Assembly (NCBI RefSeq): GCF_039654945.1
Contig: NW_027361696.1
Coordinates: 14,446,001-14,510,000, forward strand
Direction: 5' to 3'
Source: Dendrobates tinctorius
Lineage: Eukaryota
DNA: 64,000 nt
Positions 1 through 11,475 of the stretch are shown here, piece after piece (within the stretch, counting starts at the first letter, position 1; every line of letters starts with the position of its first letter). Both the position numbers and the translations under genes were made by a program. A model generated the notes under the pieces. That model was not told the DNA's origin. It did not search any database and worked only from the letters and a program-made list of their open reading frames with translations.

Positions 1-1092
1 TGTATACTGTATATACACTGCATAGTACCACTCCTCCTGTCCTGTATACACACTGCACAGTACCACTCCTCCTGTCCTGTATATCTACACTGCACAATAC
101 CACTCCTCCTGTCCTGTATATATACACTGCACAGTACCACTTCTCCTGTCCTGTATATATACACTGCACAGTATCACTCCTCCTGTATATATACACTGCA
201 CAGTACCACTTCTTCTGTCCTGTATACTGTATATACACTGCACAGTACCACTCCTCCTGTCCTGTATATATACACTGCACAGTACCACTCCTCCTGACCT
301 GTATATATACACTGCACAGTACCACTCCTCCTGTCCTATATACTGTATATACACTGCATAGTACCACTCCTCCTGTCCTGTATATCTACACTGCACAATA
401 CCACTCCTCCTGTCCTGTATATATACACTGCACAGTACCACTCCTCCTGTATATATACACTGCACAGTACCACTTCCTGTCCTGTATACTGTATATACAC
501 TGCACAGTACCATTCCTCCTGTCCTGTATATATACACTGCACAGTACCACTCCTCCTGTCCTGTATATATACATTGCACAGTACCACTCCTCCTGTCCTG
601 TATATATACATTGCACAGTACCACTCCTCCTGTCCTGTATATATACATTGCACAGTACCACTCCTCCTGTCCTGTATATATACATTGCACAGTACCACTC
701 CTCCTGTCCTGTATATATACACTGCACAATACCACTCCTCCTGTCCTGTATATATACACTGCACAGTACCACTCCTCCTGTCCTGTATATATACACTGCA
801 CAGTACCATTCCTCCTGTCCTGTATATACACTGCACAGTACCACTCCTTCTGTCCTGTATACTGTATATACTGCACAGTACCACTTCTCCTGTCATGTGT
901 ATATATACACTGCACAGTACCACTTCTCCTGTCCTTTATATATACACTGCACAGTACCACTTCTCCTGTCCTGTATATATACACTGCACAGTACCACTCC
1001 TCCTGTATATATACACTGCACAGTACCACTTATCCTGTCTTGTATACTGTATATACACTGCACAGTATCACTCCTCCTGTCCTGTATACATA

Positions 1093-2309
1093 CAAATTGA
1101 AATTCAAAGAAGCTTTATTGGCAGGACTAAATACACATTAGTTTTGCCAAAGCAAGTGCACAAAAGGGAGTAGGGATAGGGACTGTAGGGATGTTGGGAA
1201 GGGGCTGTAGGAAAGGTGGGTGGGGGCAGATCCAGGATGGGGGCTATAGAAGTCCATGGCATAGTGAAGGTGGATGGCGGCATGGGGCAGATCCAGGGTA
1301 GGGGCCATAGATGTCCATGGCATATCATAGTTCTCTTTCTCGCAGTCTATGGCATTCGCTCACATATTGCGCTGCTATCTCCACTGCTCTCTCTTCTTCC
1401 CCCAGCAGGATATATGTTTTCTCTTCCTCCTTCATGGTGATGAAATCCGGGAAGAGTTGTGAGAGTCTCCTGAAGTGAGTGTCCCTCACTGCTGAGTATT
1501 TGGAGCAGTGTAGCAGGAAGTGGGTCTCATCCTCCAGGGCCTCCTGGTCACAGTGTTGGCACAGTCTTTCCTCCCTGGGCTTGTAGCTCTGCCTGTGTCG
1601 GCCGACCTCGATGGCCAGACTGTGGGCACTGAGTTTATATCGGCTCAGGATCTTGCGGTCTCTGGGTCCGGGAGTTTCTCCAGATATGGGGCCAGTCTGT
1701 AGTCTCTGGTACATGGTCAGTTTCTGTGAGCTGATGATGTTGTTCTTCCAGTCACTTACGTACCTCTCCTGGCCTTCGTCTACCATCTTCCTGATTCCGA
1801 CTTTTGTCAGGTTGTTGTGATTGGTGTTCTGATCAGGTTGGGTTTGGGTGGGCTGTTCCGAGGGTCCTGGTTTTTCTGTTTCCCCTACATGTGTCAGGGC
1901 TTTTATGGTGATGGGATCTTGGATTGCTCCTACGTAGGTGAGCCCGGAATGACAGTGCCCTCTTTAGAACCGTTAGGTGTAGAGGGAATCTGCCCAGTTC
2001 GGCCCGGAAAGCACTGTTGGAGGTGCTCCGATGGACTTGGAGAAGGTGCTTGCAGAATTCCAGGTGGAATATTTCTGTTGGGCTGGAATCCCACCTTGAC
2101 CAGTCTGAGTAGGTGTGAGGGCCCCAGACTTCGCTGCCATACAGGAGGATTGGGGCGATGATAGAGTCAAAGATTTTTAACCAGACCCTCACTGGTGGCT
2201 TCAGATGGTAGAGTTTCCTTCGGATGGCATAGAAGGTTTTGCTGGCCTTGTCTTTCAGGGTCTCTATGGCTTGTTTGAAGCTCCCTGACCGTTGAATCTC
2301 TACGCCCAA
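1093..2309 (-). mobile_element. 5'-truncated CR1/L2-group non-LTR retrotransposon (ORF2 C-terminus + 3' UTR), copy 1
   Basis: Translation includes KIFDSIIAPILLYGSEVWG, RAELGRFPL and REERLCQHC..EDETHFLLHCSKY; AATAAA plus a TTGAA-type tail at the left end. Confidence 0.85.
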
Positions 2310-3791
2310 CACTGCACAGTACCACTCCTCCTGTCCTGTGTATATATACACTGCACAGTACCACTTCTCCTGTCCTGTATATATACACTGCATGGTACCA
2401 TTCCTCCTGTCCTGTATATATACACTGCACGGTACCACTCCTCCTGTCCTGTATATATACTGCACAGTAACACTCCTCCTGTCCTGTATATATACACTGC
2501 ACAGTACCACTTCTCCTGTCCTGTATATATACACTGCACTGTACCACTCCTCCTGTCCTGTATATATACACTGCACTGTACCACTCCTCCTGTCCTGTAT
2601 ATATACACTGCACTGTACCACTCCTCCTGTCCTGTATATATACACTGCACAGTACCACTCCTCCTGTCCTGTATATATACACTGCACAGTACCACTCCTC
2701 CTGCCTGTATATATATACTGCACAGTATCACTCCTCCTGTCCTGTATATATACAATGCACAGTACCACCCCTCCTGTATATATACACTGCACAGCACCAC
2801 TTCTCCTGTCCTGTATATATACACTGCACAGTACCACTCCTTTTGTCATGTATATATACACTGCACAGTACCACCCCTCCTGTCCTGTATATATACACTG
2901 CACAGTACCACTTCTCCTGTCATGTATATATACACTGCACAGTACCACTCCTCCTGTCCTGTCTATATACACTGCACAGTACCACTCCTCCTGTCCTGTC
3001 TATATACACTGCACAGTACCACTCCTCCTGTCCTGTATACTGTATATACACTGCACAGTATCACTCCTCCTGTCCTGTATATATACACTGCACAATACCA
3101 CTCCTCCTGTCCTGTATATATACACTGCACAGTACCACTCCTCCTGTATATATACACTGCACAGTACCACTTCCTGTCCTGTATACTGTCTATACACTGC
3201 ACAGTACCATTCCTCCTGTCCTGTATATATACACTGCACAGTACCACTCCTCCTGTCCTGTATATATACATTGCACAGTACCACTCCTCCTGTCCTGTAT
3301 ATATACATTGCACAGTACCACTCCTCCTGTCCTGTATATATACATTGCACAGTACCACTCCTCCTGTCCTGTATATATACACTGCACAATACCACTCCTC
3401 CTGTCCTGTATATATACACTGCACAGTACCACTCCTCCTGTCCTGTATATATACACTGCACAGTACCACTCCTCCTGTCCTGTATATACACTGCACAGTA
3501 CCACTCCTTCTGTCCTGTATACTGTATATACTGCACAGTACCACTTCTCCTGTCATGTGTATATATACACTGCACAGTACCACTCCTCCTGTCCTGTGCA
3601 TATACACTGCACAGTACCACTTCTCCTGTCCTTTATATATATACACTGCACAGTACCACTTCTCCTGTCCTGTATATATACACTGCACAGTACCACTCCT
3701 CCTGTATATATACACTGCACAGTACCACTTCTCCTGTCCTGTATGCTGTATATACACTGCACAGTACCACTCCTCCTGTCCTGTATACATA

Positions 3792-5007
3792 CAAATTGAA
3801 ATTCAAAGAAGCTTTATTGGCAGGACTAAATACACATTAGTTTTGCCAAAGCAAGTGTACAAAAGGGAGTAGGGATAGGGACTGTAGGGATGTTGGGAAG
3901 GGGCTGTAGGAAAGGTGGGTGGGGGCAGATCCAGGATGGGGGCTATAGAAGTCCATGGCATAGTGAAGGTGGATGGCGGCATGGGGCAGATCCAGGGTAG
4001 GGGCCATAGATGTCCATGGCATATCATAGTTCTCTTTCTCGCAGTCTATGGCATTCGCTCACATATTGCGCTGCTATCTCCACTGCTCTCTCTTCTTCCC
4101 CCAGCAGGATATATGTTTTCTCTTCCTCCTTCATGGTGATGAAATCCGGGAAGAGTTGTGAGAGTCTCCTGAAGTGAGTGTCCCTCACTGCTGAGTATTT
4201 GGAGCAGTGTAGCAGGAAGTGGGTCTCATCCTCCAGGGCCTCCTGGTCACAGTGTTGGCACAGTCTTTCCTCCCTGGGCTTGTAGCTCTGCCTGTGTCGG
4301 CCGACCTCGATGGCCAGACTGTGGGCACCGAGTCTATACCGGCTCAGGATCTTGCGGTCTCTGGGTCCGGGAGTTTCTCCATATATGGGGCCAGTCTGTA
4401 GTCTCTGGTACATGGTCAGTTTCTGTGAGCTGATGATGTTGTTCTTCCAGTCACTTACGTACCTCTCCTGGCCTTCGTCTACCATCTTCCTGATTCCGAC
4501 TTTTGTCAGGTTGTTGTGATTGGTGTTCTGATCAGGTTGGGTTTGGGTGGGCTGTTCCGAGGGTCCTGGTTTTTCTGTTTCCCCTACATGTGTCAGGGCT
4601 TTATGGTGATGGGATCTTGGATTGCTCCTACGTAGGTGAGCCCGGAATGACAGTGCCCTCTTTAGAACCGTTAGGTGTAGAGGGAATCTGCCCAGCTCGG
4701 CCCGGAAAGCACTGTTGGAGGTGCTCCGATGGACTTGGAGAAGGTGCTTGCAGAATTCCAGGTGGAATATTTCTGTTGGGCTGGAATCCCACCTTGACCA
4801 GTCTGAGTAGGTGTGAGGGCCCCAGACTTCGCTGCCATACAGGAGGATTGGGGCGATGATAGAGTCAAAGATTTTTAACCAGACCCTCACTGGTGGCTTC
4901 AGATGGTAGAGTTTCCTTCGGATGGCATAGAAGGTTTTGCTGGCCTTGTCTTTCAGGGTCTCTATGGCTTGTTTGAAGCTCCCTGACCGTTAAATCTCTA
5001 CGCCCAA
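3792..5007 (-). mobile_element. 5'-truncated CR1/L2-group non-LTR retrotransposon, copy 2 (tandem duplicate of copy 1)
   Basis: Near-identical to 1093-2309 at an offset of about 2699 bp, with the same junctions; ORF 4024-4890. Confidence 0.85.
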
Positions 5008-5624
5008 CACTGCACAGTACCACTCCTCCTGTCCTGTGTATATATACACTGCACAGTACCACTTCTCCTGTCCTGTATATATACACTGCACAGTACCACT
5101 CCTCCTGTTCTGTATATATACACTGCACAGTACCACTCCTCCTGTTCTGTATATATACACTGCACAGTACCACTTCCCTGACCTGTATATATACACTGCA
5201 CAGTACCACTCCTCCTGTCCTGTATATATACACTGCACAGTACCACTCCTCCTGTTCTGTATATATACACTGCACAGTACCACTTCCCTGACCTGTATAT
5301 ATACACTGCACAGTACCATTCCTCCTGTCCTGTATATATACACTGCACAGTACCATTCCTCCTGTCCTGTATATATACACTAAACAGTACCACTCCTCCT
5401 GTTCTGTATATATACACTGCACAGTACCACTTCCCTGACCTGTGTATATACACTGCACGGTACCACTCCTCCTGTATATACACACTGCACAGTACCACTT
5501 CCCTGACCTGTATATATACACTGCACAGTACCACTTCTCCTGTCCAGTATATATACACTGCACAGTACCACTCCTCCTGTCCTGTATATATACACTGCAC
5601 AGTACCACTTCTCCTGTCCTATAT

Positions 5625-6066
5625 ATAGAATCATAGAATCGTAGAGTTGGAAGGGACCTCCTGGGCCATCTGGTCCAACCCCCTGCTCAAAGCAGGATTC
5701 GCTAAATCATCCCAGTCAGATGTCTGTCCAGCCTCTGTTTGAAGACTTCCATTGAAGGAGAACTCACCACTTCTCGTGGCAGCCTGTTCCACTCATTGAT
5801 CACTCTAACTGTCAAAAAGTTTTTTCTAATATCTAATCTGTGTCTCCTCCCATTCAGTTTCATCCCATTGCTTCTAGTCTTTCCTTGTGCAAATGAGAAT
5901 AAAGTTGATCCTTCTACAATGTGACAGCCCTTTAGATATTTGTAGACAGCTATTAAGTCTCCTCTCAGTCTTCTCTTTTGCAAACTAAATATTCCCAAAT
6001 CCTGCAACCTTTCCTCATAAGACAGGGTTTGCAGACCGGTCACCATTCTGGTCGCTCTTTTCTGAA
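5625..6066 (-). mobile_element. CR1 LINE 3' fragment
   Basis: QKRATRMV..YEERL..SLQKRRLRGDLI..FLTVRVINEWNRLP is typical of the CR1 ORF2 end; classic CR1 3' UTR/tail (ATAGAATCATAGAATC..GTTGGAAGGGACC on +). Confidence 0.92.
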
Positions 6067-6982
6067 AGATATATATACAGTATATACTGCACAGTACTAC
6101 TCCTTCTGTCCTGTATATACACACTGCACAGTACCACTCCTCCTGTCCTGTATATATACACTGCACAGTACCACTCCTCCTGTCCTGTATATATACACTG
6201 TACAGTACCACTCCTCCTGTCCTGTATATATACACTGCACAGTACCACTCCTCCTGCCCTGTATATGTACACTGCACAGTACTACTCCTCCTGTCCTGTA
6301 TATGTACACTGCACAGTACCACTCCTCCTGTCCTGTATATATACACTGCACAGTACTACTACTCCTGTCCTGTATATATACACTGTACAGTACTACTACT
6401 CCTATCCTGTATATATACACTGCACAGTACCACTCCTCCTGTCCTGTATATATACACTGCACAGTACTACTCCTGTCTTGTATATATACACTGCACAGTA
6501 TCACTTCTCCTGTCCTGTATATATACACTGCACAGTACCACTCCTCCTGTCCTGTATATATACACTGTACAGTACTACTACTCCTATCCTGTATATATAC
6601 ACTGCACAGTACCACTCCTCCTGTCCTGTATATATACACTGCACAGTACTACTCCTGTCTTGTATATATACACTGCACAGTATCACTTCTCCTGTCCTGT
6701 ATATATACACTGCACAGTACCACTCCTCCTGTCCTGTATATATACACTGCACAGTACCACTTCCCTGACCTGTATATTTACACTGCACAGTACCACTTCT
6801 CCTGTCTAGTATATATACACTGCACAGTACCACTCCTCCTGTCCTGTATATATACACTGCACAGTACCACTCCTCCTGTCCTGTATATATACACTGCACA
6901 GTACCACTCCTCCTGTCCTGTATATATACACTGCACAGTACCACTTCCTTTCTTCTGGATATATGAGATTTATTTCTCTCAC

Positions 6983-7091
6983 CAATCGTTGTTTTCCCAT
7001 CTTTGAAGAAGTTTCCACGATGCTGGGCTCGATAATACTCCGTACATGGGATGTATATTGGATCTTCATCTTCGTCATCTTCCTCTCCATA
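6983..7091 (-). CDS. Anoctamin-7-like second coding exon, YGEEDDEDEDPIYIPCTEYYRAQHRGNFFKDGKTTI(D)
   Basis: Acceptor ccttgttctgtgtgcag|TAT after a 76-bp phase-0 intron; donor G|GTGAGA. FFKDGKTTI-D matches the anoctamin N-terminal F.DG...ID(F/Y)VL motif. Confidence 0.75.
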
Positions 7092-7167
7092 CTGCACACA
7101 GAACAAGGGGTGATATACTGCTCTACGCCCTTCCACTCACCCATCACATATATATATATATACTTAC

Positions 7168-7293
7168 ATATCCGCGACCTCCGTCATGGGCGGGTCCCGG
7201 GGACTCGCCTAGTATTTCTCCTCCCTCTGTCTCCAGATCAACCAGTGAGCTGGTGTCCAAGTCCGACCAGTCCGAAAGCTTCCTCCGAAACAT
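7168..7293 (-). CDS. Anoctamin-7-like (ANO7L1/ano11-type) first coding exon, MFRRKLSDWSDLDTSSLVDLETEGGEILGESPGPAHDGGRGY
   Basis: ATG at 7293; donor TAT|GTAAGT at 7167; candidate acceptor CAG at 7311-7313. Resembles the ANO7 N-terminus as I recall it (MLRRRAQEEDSTVLID). Synteny with CPLANE2 and FBXO42. Confidence 0.7.
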
Positions 7294-7364
7294 GTCTGCT
7301 GTTCTGCTGCCTGCCCCGGATATAGAGACCGGAGGAACAAGAGAGGTCAGGACGAGCACGAAAT

Positions 7365-10300
7365 ACGGAGGGGCCCTGTTACGGTGCAGTATGGAGGGGC
7401 CCTGTGACCAATGAAGTACGGAGGGGTCCTGTGACCGGTGCAGTATATAGGGGCCTTGTGACCGATGCAGTATATAGGGGCCCTGTGACCGGTGCAGTAT
7501 ATAGGGGCCCTGTGACCGGCGCAGTGTGGAGGGGCCCTGTGACCGGTGCAGTATGGAGGGGCCCTGTGACCGGTGCAGTATGGAGGGGCCCTGTGACCGG
7601 TGCAGTATGGAGGGGCCCTGTGACCAATGAAGTACGGAGGGGCCTTGTGACCGGTGCAGTATATAGGGGCCCTGCGACCGGTGCAGTAGGGAGGGGCCCT
7701 GTGACCGATGCAGTATATAGGGGCCCTGTGACCACTGCAGTACGGAGGGGCCCTGTGACCGATGCAGTAGGGAGGGGCCCTGTGACCGGTGCAGTATAGA
7801 GGGGCCCTGTGACCGGTGCAGTATAGAGGGGCCCTGTGACCGATGCAGTATAGAGGGGCCCTGTGACCGGTGCAGTATAGAGGGTCCCTTTGACCGATGC
7901 AGTATGGAGGGTCCCTTTGACCGGTGCAGTATGGAGGAGCCCTGTGACTGCTGCAGCATGGAGGGGCCCTGTGACCGGTGCAGTATAGAGGGGCCCTGTG
8001 ACCGCTGCAGTATGGAGGGGCCCTGTGACCGCTGCAGTATGGAGGGGCCCTGTGACCGCTGCAGTATAGAGGGTCCCTGTGACCGCTGCAGTATGGAGGG
8101 GCCCTGTGACCGATGCAGTATGGAGGGGCCCTGTGACCGATGCAGTATGGAGGGGCCCTGTGACCGATGCAGTATGGAGGGGCCCTGTGACCGATGCAGT
8201 ATGGAGGGGCCCTGTGACCGATGCAGTATGGAGGGGCCCTGTGACCGATGCAGTATGGAGGGGCCCTGTGACCGATGCAGTATGGAGGGGCCCTGTGACC
8301 GATGCAGTATGGAGGGGCCCTGTGACCGATGCAGTATGGAGGGGCCCTGTGACCGATGCAGTATGGAGGGGCCCTGTGACCGATGCAGTATGGAGGGGCC
8401 CTGTGACCGATGCAGTATGGAGGGGCCCTGTGACCGATGCAGTATGGAGGGGCCCTGTGACCGATGCAGTATGGAGGGGCCCTGTGACCGATGCAGTATG
8501 GAGGGGCCCTGTGACCGATGCAGTATGGAGGGGCTCTGTGACCGATGCAGTATGGAGGGGCCCTGTGACCGATGCAGTATGGAGGGGCCCTGTGACCGAT
8601 GCAGTATAGAGGGTCCCTGTGACCGATGCAGTATAGAGGGTCCCTGTGACCGGTGCAGTATTGAGGGGCCCTGTGACCGGTGCACTATAGAGGGGCCCTG
8701 TGACCGCTGCAGTTTAGAGGGTCCCTTTGACTGGTGCAGTATAGAGGGTCCCTTTGACCGATGCAGTATGGAGGGGCCCTGTGACCGATGCAGTATAGAG
8801 GGGCCCTGTGACCGGTGCAGTACAGAGGGGCCCTGTGACCGATGCAGTACAGAGGGGCCCTGTGACCGGTGCAGTATGGAGGGGCCCTGTGACCGATGCA
8901 GTATGGAGGGGCCCTGTGACCGATGCAGTATGGAGGAGCCCTGTGACCGATGCAGTACGGAGAGGCCCTGTGACCGATGCAGTACGGAGCAGGGCTGTGG
9001 AGTCGGTAAGCCAAACCTGCGACTCCGACTCCTCAATTTCCCTTACACCGACTCCGACTCCAACTCCGACTCCGACTCCACGACTCCGACTCCCACACAT
9101 ATTGCTTATATTTAAGTGAAAAATGTATTGTAGTACAATGTGAACCTCAGACATTTAATCATTTTTATGATCCCATAATCAAGATATTTAGATAGAACAG
9201 AATATATATTGGTGTACTACCCGGTTTTCATTCTTTTTGGTACAGATACGATATGGATAGACAGATATGGATAAATGGATAGATAGAGCAGATTTCTAAT
9301 CTGCTTTTGCTATTGAAAACATTATCTATGAGCTCAAAAACCTTTCAGGTGATGCGGTTTTTTAAATAGATGATCAGCTTTTGCAGCTGAAAAACGTATC
9401 CTCAAAAAACACAGGAAAAACGCTGTGTGTGAATGTAGCCTTAGATCTGGAATATAACAGCCATTTATAGGACATTTCATAACTTTCCCAAATTCCTATA
9501 AAAAAATATTCAGCACATCCTGCATTGAACTACTGTACCCAATTTATTATATATTTTAGGAGTCGGAGTCGGTCCATTTTATACCGACTCCAACTCCACC
9601 AAAATGAGCACCGACTCCGACTCCACGGCTCCGACTCCACAGCCCTGGTACGGAGGGGCCCTGTGACCGGTGCAGTATGGAGGGGCCCTGTGACCGATGC
9701 AGTATATAGGGGCACTGTGACCGGTGCAGTACAGAGGGGCCCTGTGACCGATGCAGTATATAGGGGCCCTGTGACCGGTGCAGTATGGAGGGGCCCTGTG
9801 ACCGATGCAGTATAGAGGGGCCCTGTGACCGGTGCAGTATAGAGGGGCCCTGTGACCGGTGCAGTATAGAGGGGCCCTGTGACCGGTGCAGTACAGAGGG
9901 GCCCTGTGACCGATGCAGTACAGAGGGGCCCTGTGACCGATGCAGTACAGAGGGGCCCTGTGACCGATGCAGTATAGAGGGGCCCTGTGACCGATGCAGT
10001 ATAGAGGGGCCCTGTGACCGGTGCAGTATGGAGGGGCCCTGTGACCGGTGCAGTATGGAGGGGCCCTGTGACAGGTGCTGTATAGAGGGGCCCTGTGACA
10101 GGTGCTGTATAGAGGGGCCCTGTGACAGGTGCTGTATAGAGGGGCCCTGTGACCGATGCAGTATGGAGGGGCCCTGTGACCGATGCAGTATAGAGGGGCC
10201 CTGTGACAGGTGCTGTATAGAGGGGCCCTGTGACCGATGCAGTACAGAGGGGCCCTGTGACCGATGCAGTATAGAGGGGCCCTGTGACCGGTGCAGTATA

Positions 10301-11195
10301 GAGGGGCCCTGTGACCGGTGCAGTATAGAGGGGCCCTGTGACCGGTGCAGTATAGAGGGGCCCTGTGACCGGTGCAGTACGGAGGGGCCCTGTGACCGGT
10401 GCAGTACGGAGGGGCCCTGTGACCGGTGCAGTACGGAGGGGCCCTGTGACCGGTGCAGTACGGAGGGGCCCTGTGACCGGTGCAGTACGGAGGGGCCCTG
10501 TGACCGGTGCAGTACGGAGGGGCCCTGTGACCGGTGCAGTACGGAGGGGCCCTGTGACCGGTGCAGTACGGAGGGGCCCTGTGACCGGTGCAGTACGGAG
10601 GGGCCCTGTGACCGGTGCAGTACGGAGGGGCCCTGTGACCGGTGCAGTACGGAGGGGCCCTGTGACCGGTGCAGTACGGAGGAGCCCTGTGACCGATGCA
10701 GTATGGAGGGGCCCTGTGACCGATGCAGTATGGAGGGGCCCTGTGACCGGTGCAGTACGGAGGGGCCCTGTGACAGGTGCTGTATGGAGGGGCCCTGTGA
10801 CCGGTGCAGTATAGAGGGGCCCTGTGACAGGTGCTGTATAGAGGGGCCCTGTGACCGGTGCAGTATATAGGGGCCCTGTGACCGGTGCAGTATGGAGGGG
10901 CCCTGTGACAGGTGCTGTATATAGGGGCCCTGTGACCGGTGCAGTATGGAGGGGCCCTGTGACCGGTGCAGTATATAGGGGCCCTGTGACCAGTGCAGTA
11001 TGGAGGGGCCCTGTGACCGGTGCAGTACGGAGGGGCCCTGTGACCGGTGCAGTATGGAGGGGCCCTGTGACCGATGCAGTATGGAGGGGCCCTGTGACAG
11101 GTGCTGTATGGAGGGGCCCTGTGACCGATGCAGTATGGAGGGGCCCTGTGACAGGTGCTGTATAGAGGGGCCCTGTGACCGGTGCAGTATAGAGG
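7365..11195. repeat. 27-bp minisatellite (GATGCAGTATGGAGGGGCCCTGTGACC), split by a hAT MITE
   Basis: Direct tandem repeat; gives 9-aa repeat ORFs (RCSMEGPCD / SQGPSILHR). Confidence 0.97.
8990..9647. mobile_element. Non-autonomous hAT transposon (MITE)
   Basis: 17-bp TIR CAGGGCTGTGGAGTCGG / CCGACTCCACAGCCCTG; 8-bp TSD GTACGGAG (8982-8989 and 9648-9655); subterminal GGAGTC repeats. Confidence 0.92.
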
Positions 11196-11275
11196 AGAGA
11201 CTGACGCTATAGGTGCTGCTGGTAATTGGCACTGGGCGTTGAGGGTGCGGGGAGACAGCAGCGGCGTCCTCTCAC

Positions 11276-11420
11276 CTGAGCTCCGGCATTGATGGGTGTG
11301 AGATGCGGCAATCCTGTCTCAAGGGAAAGCTGAGGAGGAGGAGAAAACAGTGCGGAGACTGAGAGGCCATCACCTCCTCCCCGCAGCACACAGGATGCTG
11401 AGCTACATGTACCACCCCAG
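11276..11420 (-). other. Possible 5' UTR exon of the ANO7-like gene
   Basis: Unique island between two satellites with a strong donor CAG|GTGAGA on the minus strand at 11276/11275; the 5' boundary is uncertain. Confidence 0.3.
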
Positions 11421-11475
11421 CATGTGCACACTGTATCCAAGCCTATCATGTGAGTGATTCCATCTGCGGATCCGC

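Larger units (their letters stand above)
1..6945. repeat. 37-bp minisatellite array (TATATACACTGCACAGTACCACTCCTCCTGTCCTGTA), interrupted by three LINE fragments; lies in an intron of the ANO7-like gene
   Basis: Tandem 37-bp unit visible directly; it produces the YTAQYHSSCPV / QDRRSGTVQC ORFs in all frames. Confidence 0.97.

Noticed and set aside
7144-11232. Cys-rich RCSMEGPCD and SQGPSILHR repeat 'proteins' resembling keratin-associated proteins or metallothionein
   Set aside because: A 27-bp (3n) minisatellite, open in several frames on both strands and interrupted by a hAT MITE. Only the 42-aa tail at 7293-7168 looks like real coding sequence.
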